Shown piece by piece: positions 12,370 to 24,905 of a DNA stretch of 64,000 nt. The DNA comes from Yuukianura sp. NJ FZ-2021 (taxonomy: Eukaryota). Made by a program: the position numbers and the translations under genes. Every line of letters starts with the position of its first letter. Positions within the stretch are counted from its first letter, which is position 1. The notes beneath the pieces are model-generated. The model worked only from the letters and a program-made list of their open reading frames with translations. It did no database searches and was not told where the DNA came from. The DNA is taken from NCBI GenBank assembly GCA_046563655.1, contig CM102285.1:3844001-3908000 (forward strand). The letters run 5' to 3'.

Positions 12370-14400
12370 CGTTAGTTAATCAATAATAATTAATTGATGC
12401 ATTGACGGTGCCACTCGGCTTTTCATCCTTTTTCAGTCTCCTGTGATTTGTTAGGTGAAGTTTAGTAGCACAATCGAAACAAACTTGGAAAGCAGTACAC
12501 TATGTACGCGTATGTATTGTTTTTTTAACATTTTCTTACTTTATTTTCCTGTCGCACATGTTAGGCAGTTTAATTGTTTTGTGGCCTGCTACTTTTTAGA
12601 AGAAAAATTCATAACTTTCATTCCCAATTTTTTAAATTGGTTGCATGAGTGAAATAACCGTGAAATAACAAAATAAAGTCAAGCTCGTAATTTTTTTAAA
12701 ATTTGTTTTACTTTGCCGATGCCATAAATTCAATAGAAACTCTTATGCTAAACACAATTTGTTCGAAGAAATGATACGGACATGTCTACGGAGAAGAAAA
12801 AATGAAGAAAAGTCTTTCAGTTTAGTTATAATTCAATATAACAAAAAAAGTATTTAGCTGCTAAAAACTTGACCAGAGCCGAACAAAGGATTTCTGATTG
12901 AACTAAACCCCGTTTAGTAGACTTTAGCTAGTTGGACTTAACTTTTACTTTAAACATAGTCTTTACTTTTACTCTAATTGTAAGAGTGTAATTTTCTTAC
13001 AGACAACTTCTACAAATTTTTAAACTTCGTCAAAAATTTCGAAACGCTCAAGTCAGTCGGCTCAATTTGAAGTAAAACGAATAGGATTTTTATGAGTTTA
13101 AAACAAGATTGAGACAGCAGTCATCGTATGCAAATTAATTTGATGTAACTTTCAGTTTTGGAAGAAACGGGTACGAAAATGTATGGGCCATCTATTCTCA
13201 ACAGTCACTTTGTTAAAATGGGCCACAGAAATTGGAACTGCCGTTTATTTGCTGACAATAATCAGTATCTTGGAGCCATTTTCACCAAGTTTCGCATAGA
13301 GAAATTTTCTCCAATTGACTTGCAGAAATTAAACTCAAAGAAATGGGAGAGACTTAAAAATGACCTCTTACCTTTCAACTTTAAGTCAAACGTGTGGAAA
13401 CTTTGGCATAATGCTCTCATTTCGTTTGACATTGCTCAAAGAATGGGTTTGTGTAGTAATGGACGATGTCCTTACTGCAACGAAAGGGTCACGAATTGTA
13501 CTCACATAATCCACTGTAAGTCAACGGATAGTTTATGGATATATGTACAAAAATTAGTAAGCAAAGTAAACTTAAAGCTTTCTTCCTTTGATAAGGTTTT
13601 CGGGACTAACGATAATCTAGCAAATTTTCTAATTTTTTGTTGCTCTAATATATTATATAATAGATTTATTTATAATATAAATTCAGGCAAAACAAATTAC
13701 GATCTGTTAGTTAAATATAAACAGTTTTTGTATCAAACAATTTATATTAACTACATAAGTGCTAGAAGTAAGAATCAAGTGGAAAAATTTGAAAACACAT
13801 GGTGCAAAAATAACTTAATCTCTGTGAATCCAATTTTGAAAATTAGCTTGTAGTTTAAAGTTTTCGACAAATAAATAAATCATTCTCTTCAAAAAAAAAA
13901 AAAACTGCCGTTGAATACATTTCGTCCAAGCACGTAAGAGCTGAAACATGTCCCATTTTACAAAGGAAAGTCAAACAACGTAACATATCTGTCATTCACA
14001 TTTTTAGTAGATACTCTGTTTTTAAGGTCTGTTTTAAATGTTTTGTCTCGGTGACATTCCGTATCCTGTGCTCAATTGGTCTATTGACTTTGAAAACCAA
14101 TAGAAAAAGGACTACGCTTAACATGAACACAATACACTTCCCAAAAGAAGTGTATTTATTCGCAACAAAAGGTATTAATTTCAACTACACTTAAATCTCA
14201 TCACAACACCGTTCTAATTATCTTCGTGTAGATGGGAACTCATTTTAGGGTGCTGGCATAACAATCCTGAGAGCCGTTGAACTTTCATCTATCTTCGGGA
14301 GTCGCTGGAGACGCTTCAACTTCAAAACCAACGCTAAATGATAAAGCTTTCGATTTGTTTCTGGAAAGTCAAAAAACAGCTTTGACACTTGGCGTAACTT
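12370..14400 (+). pseudogene. Decayed, internally deleted duplicate of the receptor tyrosine kinase gene at 18169-22075
   Basis: 12370-12900 matches the RTK upstream region 17083-17720. 13000-13245 matches 21160-21385, and 13903-14400 matches 21378-21480 and 21770-22120, introns included. It carries stops and deletions and is interrupted by a LINE fragment. Confidence 0.85.
13246..13902 (+). mobile_element. 5'-truncated non-LTR retrotransposon (L1/Tx1-like ORF2 C-terminus)
   Basis: It encodes W..L....LP...K..VWKLWHNAL...CPYC....NCTHIIHC......WIYV, a zf-RVT-like CCHC region. The stop is at 13853, followed by AATAAA and poly(A) at 13891-13904. The 10-bp TSD AACTGCCGTT lies at 13236-13245 and 13903-13912. 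Confidence 0.9.
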
Positions 14401-14818
14401 CTTGAAGTTTTAGAAATTATTTTATAAATGTATTTTACCTTAACCTTTTCATTAGATTAAGTTGAGGTGTGTACTACTTTGGAAGGACAACAAAAACGGT
14501 CTTGGGAAGGGTTTAGGAAGACACCATTAGGAAATTAATAGTATTTGTTCAAAACTTAAGGAAAACTTCCACTTTGTAAGCTGCAGAAAATCTTCTTTTA
14601 GGGACAAGAAAACCTGGTGCTTGTCTAGACGACTAACAAGGATAAAAGAATTTGTTTTTGAAGAGTTGAATACAAAAACCTTTTGAAGGCTTTCTTTTGT
14701 GCTAAAGCATTACAGGATTCATTGCACTGCAACATTACTTGATTGATGACTAAATTGACAATACTCTGCAACAACGCATTACAACGGCACTTACTTTCTA
14801 CTTTAGTAGATTTCCAAA

Positions 14819-16519
14819 ATGCTAAACGTCAATACCTCCGACTTGTACGTTACGTACTTTAAGTTTTGGTACCGTATTGGAATATGTCCGTTCAAACTCG
14901 TACATGAGCAAAACACGAACCTTTTCCGAGTGAGGACTAGTGCCACACACAAGGTTGGTAAAGCGTTTACGTTTGATTTTTTTAACTTTACCTAAAGTTC
15001 CTACTTTTAGATTAAAACGTTGCAGGTCGTCTTTGGTTACTTTCTCATCATTTTCTACCATAGAATATACGTTTGGTTCCAACACGCAACTCAAAGTGTC
15101 TATTCGAAGCACCAACCGAACGGTGAGATGAAATATTTTGAAAAAGCATCTATTTTTGGAGTAATTTTTGCAAGCGCATGCCATGTGCTAGCATTATGCT
15201 TAAACATGGATCGGTTTTGCGACATTGTCAACTACAGTCGTCTGCCAATAGTTGAATCCAAATTTGGAGTTTCGATTACAAAAAACGTGAGAGAAAATTT
15301 AAAGTAGGTAGTTTATTTTAACAAATCTTAAAGGCTTAAAAAGTGTTTTTCAACATGTCACTTCAAGTAAATTTTGTTTTCCAACTTATCCTAAATCAAA
15401 CAAATTATATAGGTAGCACTATATTTAATTGTTTGATAGGGCAAGCGAAGAATTTCGATTCTTCTTTGGAGTGCATTTTGGATTCATATTGTAATGGAGG
15501 TTCTCCGCAATATGCAGGAATGTTCATGGCAATTTGCAATTCACTACAATCGAACAGAAAGCTTGATGAGAAAATCGTTGCTGCCGAAGACTGTTAACTT
15601 AGGCGAATGGAAGCAAATTGTTCAATTCATCGCCTTTATATTTGGGCTACAGTCACAATTCGTATTCATTTTTATGAAAGCATCCTTGGAAACGCTGGGA
15701 ATTATTACAGCTTTACATTTACAGCGATTAGTTACTACCCTTGACCTAAAGCTGATAAATATGACGCCGGTTGAGGTTAGTTCGGAAACAGACTTAACTT
15801 ATCTATTGTCAACTTTATTAACAAAATTGGTTACGAACATGTAAAACTGTATTACAGGGAATGGCGGAGCTCGGAAACGTTCGAATCACATTGAACCTTC
15901 TAAACAAGGCCACTGGAATCATAGTCTGCGGAGTCGTGTTCGGTCACATTCCGCTTCAGATACAGTACATTCCGGCAATTCTGAACCCGTCGGGGGTCCT
16001 TACCCTCTTCGCCACGTTCTGGCTATCTATGCAACCAATTGCATTTGTGACATTCACGTCTTGGTTCAAAACGAGGGCAAAACAAATTTATTGTTAGTAT
16101 TAAAAATTTTGGAACGGAGAATGACAAAATGTCAATTTAAATTTTCCAGGTAACATCAGCGTTTAATACATGGATTACTCGAGGTGAAAAGTATGAGCTG
16201 TTTCCACAATCTGATTTCATCATGCTTCTGTTCGAGGTCTCCTCTGGAAGTTTAGGAGTAAAAGCATTTGAATTTATACATTTCGATGCGTCATTTCTCG
16301 GAACGGTGAGACAATCTATAACTAAAAAAGTATTTTACTTAGGTTCACACTTACTTAGGTTTACTTAGGTTTGGGTTAGGTTTACTTAGGTTTACTTAGC
16401 TTACAATTCACAAAATTTTTTAATTCAGTTTCAAACAAATTGTATTTCATGTTCTATAGGTGTGCAGCCTTGTCCTTACCTTTTCCGTAGTCATTATTCA
16501 ATCTGAAAAACAAAAGTAA
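14819..16519 (+). CDS. Gustatory receptor-like 7TM chemoreceptor, lineage A copy 2 (6 exons)
   Basis: Exons 14819-14953, 15026-15286, 15440-15775, 15858-16076, 16150-16305 and 16460-16519 have the same structure as copy 1. It ends GVKAFEFIHFDASFLGTVCSLVLTFSVVIIQSEKQK*. The intron 4 donor is GC at the homologous position. Confidence 0.8.
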
Positions 16520-18168
16520 ACTACATTTGACTCTACGTTACTTTATAATGTAACAGTAAATATTCTTCACTTCACGTACTACAAAAACGAAAGTTATAAC
16601 ATTGACATGCACCGATTTTGGAGAGCGCTTTTTCAAATATATTGTGAACAAACTTAGGCAGTAACTGGAATGTCGGTTGATTCATACAGTAGAGCCGTTT
16701 GACTTGGGGGTTTGGAACGCCCTCACTTTGACCTTGATCATCCGAGCGCCATATTTCACTTCTTTCTAAAACTAGACAGTCTTCCTTTTTTTTTCAGACA
16801 GCTATTCTTTTACATCTACAGATTTTTTTTTGCAGCAGAGATCGACACCTATCAAAGCTTACGACCGGAGGCAACTCGGTGGCAAGCAAATTAGCGACGT
16901 TTTTTACTCATGAAACCTGAAGCAAGAGAAATCGCAAGAGGATAGCAACTCTTGCGATACTCTGCTCTTTCTGCATTGAACCTTTTATCCGAGCAGGACA
17001 ATCGCTACTTATGAACAGCTCCGCCCCTCAGTAGTCTAACCTAACCGTGATATTTTTTTTTACAAATTTACAAATTATGTATGCGTTAATCAATAATTAA
17101 TTATATGCATGACGAGGACGAGGTTTTCGTCTTTTGCGTGTCCCCTGTGTGTATGTGAAGTAGTTGCTAATTCGAATTGAAATTAAAATATAGTAATACA
17201 CGTATAGTGTCTTTTTTACGTTCTCTACATTGTTTTCGTTGTATCAGTGAAGGTCCAGAACGTCGTTCAGTTTTAATGTAACAGAAGTTGTAAAGTGTCA
17301 TACGATTTGTGTCGTTAAAGTTCTATGTAATTACACTTTCGAAACGTCGTAAATCCTTCCTAAAGCGAAGCTTTAAATTGAAGTTCTTGAAATACAAAGA
17401 GTTCTGAAAACTTTCTGAAATTGGTAGCATTAGTGTAATAAAATAAAGGTGAAGTGTTGAATAGCACGTCATTACCGATACAATAAATTGAACAGAAACT
17501 ATAACGCTAGAAATAATTCATTCGGACCGATGGTATGGAACTTTCTCGCTTCCCTTGTTGACCAACATGTACAGCGTGACTCCAGTGCCACTTTCACTCA
17601 TTTAAGTAAACAGATGTCACGGAATACGAGGAAATGTAGAAAAGTCTTTTAAGCAGTATAATTCAATCAACAAAAAGAAAGTATCAACCAGCTCGAAAAT
17701 GGACTGATATTTCTGATTTAACGGATTCGTTTTATAGTTAAATCACCGTTTACTTTATACAAAGGTTATTCTTTTATATACAAAGGTTATATACAAAGTT
17801 TAGGTGTGTAACTATCATTAATTTTTATGATGCATTATTAACAAAATGAGCTATCAGCTAATTCATTTCCTTTCTATTTTTCGCAATTTTATTTTTAGTA
17901 TATTGTAAGGTCGGTGCCAAACTGTGGCAAAAATTATCGACGAATGCGCAGGAAAAAAAATTCTTGAAGGTCAGCTTGGGATATCAAAATTATTGGGAAA
18001 AGACGCGGAAAAAATGCAGTAGTTAAGGAAAATCAAGTGTACAATTTCAAAAAGTCGTCTTTGTAGAGGAAAACCGCCAACCTCAACATTTGTGACACAC
18101 TTGCAAATGCTTAACACCTTTCAAAGTTCAAGTTTCAAGTTAACAGTGTGTCAAAGAATTTGTCGAAA

Positions 18169-21100
18169 ATGGACACGAAGTTAGCATTGTTATCCACACT
18201 GTTGTTAATTATTGTTTTTATTAACGGAATAAACGGAAAAGTTGAGCTCGGATTTAATGAACTAAAACATGTGGTCAAACAATCTGGTACAGGGAATAAT
18301 GGAACCATACTTCAGAATAAAGACGTTCATATTGTAACGAGGTGTGGAGCAAGCTACCCAACCGAATGGATTCTAGACGATGACAAGGTCCGGTGAAAGG
18401 CTAAAACAAAATTCCAAAAGTGTAAAAAATAACATTCATCTTCAGTTGAATTTTTAGATGGACGACAACTATAGACACGCTTGGCGTGTTGAATGGACAG
18501 ATCGGAAATTTCAAAACTCCATTGAAGAAACGACCTACAACTACTTGGTATTGCTTTTGATCGAGTTCCCCGTCCTGGTTAGCACAGAGTCATTCATCTG
18601 TCGAGCAGTCGGAAACCACCACGATTCTCTCATTATTGATTTGACTCCAAACGGAGATACCGTAACACTGACCACCAAAGTTGGACCCAACAATTACGCG
18701 ACGCCACCGACACAAGCCCCTACATGCGATTTCATGTTTTCGTTCATGTATGTACCTGAAGATGGATATTATGCCCGCTGCTCCAGTACGCTTGCGCCAC
18801 AGGCTGTGCCAACTGTTGTCAACTACGACTGTACTTTCTCTGCTGCCTACTGCGCAAATACATTTAGGACACTTAAGATGTTTCAAGTGCGTGTAAAAAC
18901 TAAAACTATTTTAGGTTTTCAACAGGTTTTTATACTCAAAACCATAGTTCAAATTTTTAGAAAATGTATTTATTTTTTATTTGTTCTAAAATTGCAATAG
19001 AACAAATGTACAGAGGTGATTACTGGATACTCAAAACGGATAAACAAAACGGAAGGCTGGATGGCAATAGGAGGATCACACAGAAGTGTCGTGATACCAG
19101 GAACAGTCGTTTGCACAATTCAAGGCGAACGTGCGGCTCAAGAATATTTCTTTACTGCGCCAAACAAAGTTACTGGAGAACGAAATATACGTTAGAACAA
19201 AAGCCTTTAAATAATTCTACCACTATTATTACTCTCATAGAACTGTTTTAATCCAGTTTTTAATTTGGCTACCTAAACTTGAGTGGTTAACTTAAACTTA
19301 ATTAAGCTAAAGTTCTAACTAAACTGAGTTTTCTTTAAGAGTTCACATGGAGTGCAATTCAACCGAACCAGATGATTTGGATGAAACCCTCTACCTTTGA
19401 CCCCAAGTATTTCATAGGTCAAACATTGAGCGTTTCATGTATAATTCCAAAGTATGGGTTTTCCTATGACCCAGTACTACTCATAAAAATTAATGGTACA
19501 ACAAGCGCAATGGGTAAGTAATATCTTCGGCCTCACACTTTTTGTTTTGCTTCGTTTTCAAAAAATATTGTTCTTGACTATTAAATTGACAGTGCGAAAG
19601 AATGAAGAGGGAGTTATAGAAGATCATATACACAGAACATGGAAAGTGCCATATGTATTGAAATTACGCACGCGCGGAAGATATGAAATAAACTGTACGG
19701 GAGCTGTTTGGAACACAACGGAGTGGGCTACAAAAGCAGAACAATTTGATGTCATTGGTTAGAAATAGTTTTAGGTTTACTTAGTTTTTAAATTTACATT
19801 ACAATTATTACAAACCGAGCTATTTTTCAAACGCAGAGCCTGTTGCACCGTATTTTGAAAAACCGACGGAGAGTTTTGAATTTGTAGAAGGTGATAATGG
19901 AAAAGAAATTTTGTGTGACGCTTTAGGAGACCCAAAGCCGAACAACGTTGAATGGATGGACGGACACGTAAGATGGAAAAGCAAACCTAAGTTTTTTTTT
20001 TAATTTTGGTAATTCTAAGCATTATTATTTATTAATTTATTTCTAACTTACATTTCATAGAGTTTGCCCGGCATAAAAGCTAGGGGTCATGCGCTGACCT
20101 TCTTGGCTGTCACCAATCTGGTACATGGAGAGTACACATGCAAAGCTACAAATACTCTTGGACAGTCAGCAACCAAGACATTTTCCGTCCATGTCAATAG
20201 TTAGCTCTAATTACGTCAATTTGATTAAAATCTGCGCATGACCATATCTGAAGAATTCTATGTCGCAGGTCGTACGAGTAACACAGCGGCTATTGCGGCT
20301 GGAGTTTCCGTTGTAGTGGTGATTCTCATCGTACTGGGCATGGCTTACGTCTATTTTAAACTTAAAACACTAAACAAAATCGTCAGCGGGTTGACGACAA
20401 AGGAAATTCAGGAGTTCCAAGCAGGAAAAAAGATTGCACCCAATAACGTCAAAACTCCCGCAGATTTCATCGAATCTCTCCCGTACAACAGGTCTTATGA
20501 GTTGCCCAGAAGCCGGCTGGTCGTCGGTAACTGTTTTTTCTTTGCCTTCGTGTCTCATTTTTATTTTGTCGCTTTTGTGTTTTTTTTTAAATTTAGATAC
20601 GAGTACGCCTTTGGGTTCAGGCGCATACGGAATTGTATTCAAAGGGACTGTGAAGACAGAGCACGGGGAAATTGCCGCAGCATTCAAAACAATCAAGCAG
20701 GAAGCGGATATTAGCTACTTTAAAGCGCTTTTATCCGAACTCAAGATTTTAATCCATGTGGGACACCATGAGTCAATTGTCAATTTGATTGGAGCATGCA
20801 CCGAAAACATCAAAAACCGTAATTACTAGTAGAGTATTTATTGTTTGTCTATTTCTAGAAGGCACTTTCAAATTTGAAAATAAATTCCAGTCGCCTTATG
20901 GACTGTTAACATAGAAATTATCAATTTTTTGAACTTTTGTATACAAAAAAAAATGGAGAAAGTGTTTTTGAAAAACTGAGTTTTTCCATAAGTGCCGCAA
21001 TGGAAGCGAAAAAACAACAAAAATAAAAAGTGCCTTCTAAAAATAGGCAAACTATAATAGTTAGTTCGAGTTATTGTGATTAAAACATGCATCATACTAA

Positions 21101-22075
21101 CTTGTAGGCGAAGTGTATGTGGCGGTTGAACTCTGTCAATTCTGCCTTTGGAATTTTCTTCGCGACAACTCCTCAGCATTTTTAAACTACGTCAAAGATG
21201 GGGAAACACTCAATCAGCCCATTTTGAAGTAAAACGAAGACAATCTTTATAATAAATAAATCAAGACTGAAGTATGCAAATAAATTCTTGTTTATTTTCA
21301 GTTCTAGTACCAGGTACGAAAATGTGGGCCGCCCATTTTCAACTTTCACCTTAGTAAAATGGGCCACGGAAATTGGATCTGCGCTTGAATACATTGCGTC
21401 CAAACATGTAAGAGCTGAAACATGGCCCAACTTACAGAGAAAAATCAAACACCGCAAAAAATCTGAACATTGAAGTTTGGTTTGTTTTTTAAGCTTATTC
21501 ATGCGGACATCGCTACTCGAAATATTTTACTGTCTTTCAACCTTGATGCAAAATTGTGTGATTTTGGTCTTGCTAGACAACTCGTCGATTACAATTACAT
21601 TAAGTCGGAACAGGTACAACCTAGTTAACATTAATAGATGGAACAATACAATGTCTTTGTTTACAATGTAGTGCCCCTTGCCATGGAAGTGGATGGCTAT
21701 TGAGTCCCTGCGCCAGTTGAACTTTTCGACAAAGTCAGATGTGTGGGCCTACGGTGTGACGCTATGGGAAATGTTTAGTCTCGGCGACATTCCGTACCCT
21801 GGACTCAACTGGTCTATTGATTTTGCAAACCAATTGGAAAGAGGACTACGCTTAACACAGCCAATATACTGCCCAAAATCATTGTATTCATGCACAACAA
21901 AAAGTATTTGAACTATACTTAAATCTAATTACAACACGTTTAATTATCTTCGTGTAGATGGGAAGTCATTTTTGGATGCTGGCATAACAATCCGGAGAGC
22001 CGTCCAACTTTTAAGTATCTTCGGGAGTCGCTTGAAAAGTTTAAACATCAATACTTAAAACCAAGTTTAAATTAA
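18169..22075 (+). CDS. Ig-domain receptor tyrosine kinase, PVR/VEGFR-like (multi-exon)
   Basis: It has a signal peptide (MDTKLALLSTLL..), Ig-like exons (CDALGDPKP..VEW; HGEYTCKATNTLG) and a TM helix (AAIAAGVSVVVVILIVLGMAYVYF). The juxtamembrane segment is LPYNRSYELPR. Kinase motifs are LGSGAYGIV, KALLSELKILIHVGHHESIVNLIGACT, HADIATRN, DFGLAR, LPWKWMAIES, SDVWAYGVTLWEMFSLGDIPYPG and CW...PESRPTF. The kinase exons join in frame. Confidence 0.92.
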
Positions 22076-22689
22076 GCTTTCAAAATTTTTTATCTGAACA
22101 GTCAGCAGAACATCTTTGACATTTAGCCTTAGTCCACTGATGTTCACAAGTCTATAGACTATCACCGCACTGGGGATCACATTTATTAAAGTATCTTACA
22201 TGTTTTTTGTCTCACTTTATTTGCATGATTTGCTGCGGTGTATTAAAAATATTTCAACCGTGGTATAAGTTTTCAATTATAACTAGTTGGTGACATTTTT
22301 TACTTTTCAATTTTGAATTTGAAATACAACAAACTCATTTACTACCTGCTCTCCAAACCTACTTCATGGAATGTGTACTATAATTCAGAAATTCCCCAAG
22401 GTTACGTTTTCAATACAGATGCCATTTAGTTTTATTCAAAACTTGCTAAGTAAAAATGTGCTGCCCACTTTCAGTGTTTCGCAAGTGTTTACAAAATACA
22501 GTAGTAGTGTAATTTTACATTTTGATTGTAATGATTTCAAAGCAATTCACCCAAATATGAATTTGGTAATATTTTCTTATAAAGCCGACCCGTTTGTGCA
22601 AGGAGACGGAATGCAATTTACTAGTACTAGGTGTATCACATTTAAATAAACTTCTTGCAAAGACGATGTAAATAAGTATCGACAGATCA

Positions 22690-23260
22690 AGTATAGAAAG
22701 TTCCCGCGCAGGATATTGTTGACCTAGACTCATGATATTGTTAGAGGTCACTTGAGGTCAAACAACGTTTGGCATATTAATCCTCGCGCCGTCAAACATC
22801 CATCCTCGGAAACCTCTTCTGAATCGGTCCATCCGTTTCCGAATTGTAGAGAAAAGGATGACCTTTAGCTTTGACCCTGTTAGAGGTCACTCGCGCTCGT
22901 AGCATGAGCGACGCCATTTTGCAACTTGCAGCGTCTATATCTCTAGAACCGTAGGTCAAAGGTCAACATCGCCGACAGAAAAGTTGTTCCTCTCATTGAG
23001 ATGAACATCTTTTGTAGAGGCCATTTTTCCAAATTCCGTCGAAAATGTACTTGACCTTGGTCTTTGACTCAGAAGTTGGCCACTTCCGGTCAAACCGAAA
23101 ACCACTTGTCCACCCCTGGACCATGTGCAGTTCATCTGTGAAGACAGATTGAAAATCGGTCCAGCGGTTCCAGAGAAGTTGTGGCTAGTATACTGTCGGA
23201 CGGACAGACAGACGGACGGACGGACGGACGGCCATTACGATCCCTATAAGTATCTGACGA
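22690..23260. repeat. Interspersed repeat with (GACA/GACG)n microsatellite, DINE-1/HINE-like
   Basis: Contains repeated tgacctt/gaggtca motifs, gaaaatcggtccagcggttc and cggacagacagacggacggacggacgg. Related motifs recur at 720-1110, 33080-33340, 35150-35400 and 37800-37975. Confidence 0.55.
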
Positions 23261-23644
23261 TACTTAATAAAATTTTGAATCAAGTTGACCTAATGTATTT
23301 TGCTTTAGATTTTTCATTAAGTTAAGTTGATGTGTGCACTTTCGGGCCACAACAATAAGGACATGGTAGTTTAGGAAAATACCATTAGCAAAGTACTAGT
23401 GTTTAAACTTTTGTTCAAAAAATTACAGAAAATGTGCATTTTGCAAGTTGCTGATAATTTAATTTTCCAATAAAGCCAAGGATAAAAGAATTTTGTAGTA
23501 GAAGAGTTGCATACAAATCTCTTTTAAAGATTTTCTTTTGTACTAAAGCATTGAAAGTTTCAGTGAATTGCAAAATTACTTGATTGAATAAATAAGTATA
23601 ATACACTGTACGTACACTGGCACTTACTTTAGTAAATTTCCAAA

Positions 23645-24493
23645 ATGCTGGACGTCGATACCTCCGACTTGTACGTTACCTACTTTAAGTTTGGGTACCG
23701 TATTCTAATATGTCCGTTCAAACTCGTACATGAGCAAAATACGAAGCGTTTCCGAGTGAGGTCGCCTATTCAAGCTATCATTTTACATGGTGTTTTTCTA
23801 TTTACCAATATTCATAACTTTAGCCGCTTTTACTATCTTGTTCTTTGTGGGGTTAATTGTGCGTATAATTCCAATTTTAGTTGGTAGCTATATTAGCGCA
23901 GTAGGTTTAGCAAGTCTATAACAAGGAATATCTGTGTATTCTGGGCATTATTTAGTTTGCTGTGTATTCTTTTAATGGTTACATCCTTTCAGCAGTGGCT
24001 GAAAACGCTAGCCAATCTTCAAGAATCGTGTACAAGTGGCATACAAAGGAACAAATTTCGTCAATTATACCGAGCAATGCAAGTATTTAGTGCAATTTTC
24101 AATGAGAAGCAGAAGTGGTGGATTCAAATTGCGTACTCCGTAGACATACTTGTTGTCATTTCATTTACATTTGCAGTATTCAAAAGCAATTGGCAAGCAA
24201 ACCCTGTCATACCACTCATATTCACATTTGTGGATGTCATACTATTTGCTATTGGGTTTGTCCTTTGTCAACATGCTGTAAATCTCACAGTATATTCGGA
24301 AAGCTACTACACTTTAAAAAACGGAAGTAACTTAACACGTACAAAGTATGAACGTCGTTTTAGAAAATCGTGCCAATCAATTGTGTTAAGCGTTGGCGGA
24401 TTGTTTACAATTTCAGAAACTGATTTCTGCCTTCAAACCTACGCAAATTTTGTTCTCAGCACTACTATTAGTCTTTTGTTAACGTTTCGCTGA
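23645..24493 (+). pseudogene. Chimeric chemoreceptor pseudogene (lineage A exon 1 fused to lineage C exon 2)
   Basis: 23645-23761 is near-identical to the start of 14819 (MLDVDTSDLYVTYFKF..). From ~23764 the sequence matches lineage C exon 2 (28770 onward) in another frame. A further frameshifting deletion lies near 23915. It ends TTISLLLTFR*. Confidence 0.8.
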
Positions 24494-24639
24494 GCTACGA
24501 GCATTCAAATTTATTAGTAGCCTCTAAAATATATGGATTTTAAGATTAACTTTCGACCTAACTTAATTTGGTTAGTTATTCGCAATGTATTCCACTTTCT
24601 AGGACCTTTTTTATGTTTTTTTAATAAACGGATATTTTT

Positions 24640-24905
24640 ATTTTTTCTCTACATAATTCATGTGATTATCAAATGATAACAGGCGATATCAGCTTTCTGG
24701 CATTCTTGTCATTAATTTAAGCCAACGTAACGGTATGAATGCTCAAGCTGCGGTAGTTCTTGATACTGCGTCGGTATAACATGTAATTCCCCGAATCTAT
24801 TCTGAGAGTTGCTACACTTTAAAAAATAGTAACAATTTATCACGGTCAAAGTATGAGCGATACCTTCCAAGGTCCACCATTTGCAACAAGTATAGGCAAA
24901 GTTTG
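24640..24905 (+). pseudogene. Degraded fragment of a lineage C chemoreceptor-like gene
   Basis: The segment gagagttgctacactttaaaaaatagtaacaatttatcacggtcaaagtatgagcga...gtataggcaaagt matches 26830-26935. Confidence 0.55.

Noticed and set aside
13158-13853. 231-aa ORF as a host gene
   Set aside because: It is RTK-pseudogene sequence read into a truncated LINE, with the boundaries fixed by the TSD.
16336-16400. TTAGG-containing repeats as telomeric sequence
   Set aside because: These are a few copies of a 10-bp TTTACTTAGG unit inside an intron, not a (TTAGG)n array.
21190-21232. Apparent premature stop in the RTK kinase-insert exon
   Set aside because: Correct reading gives GAT GGG GAA ACA...TTG AA|gt, which is open and splices in phase 2.
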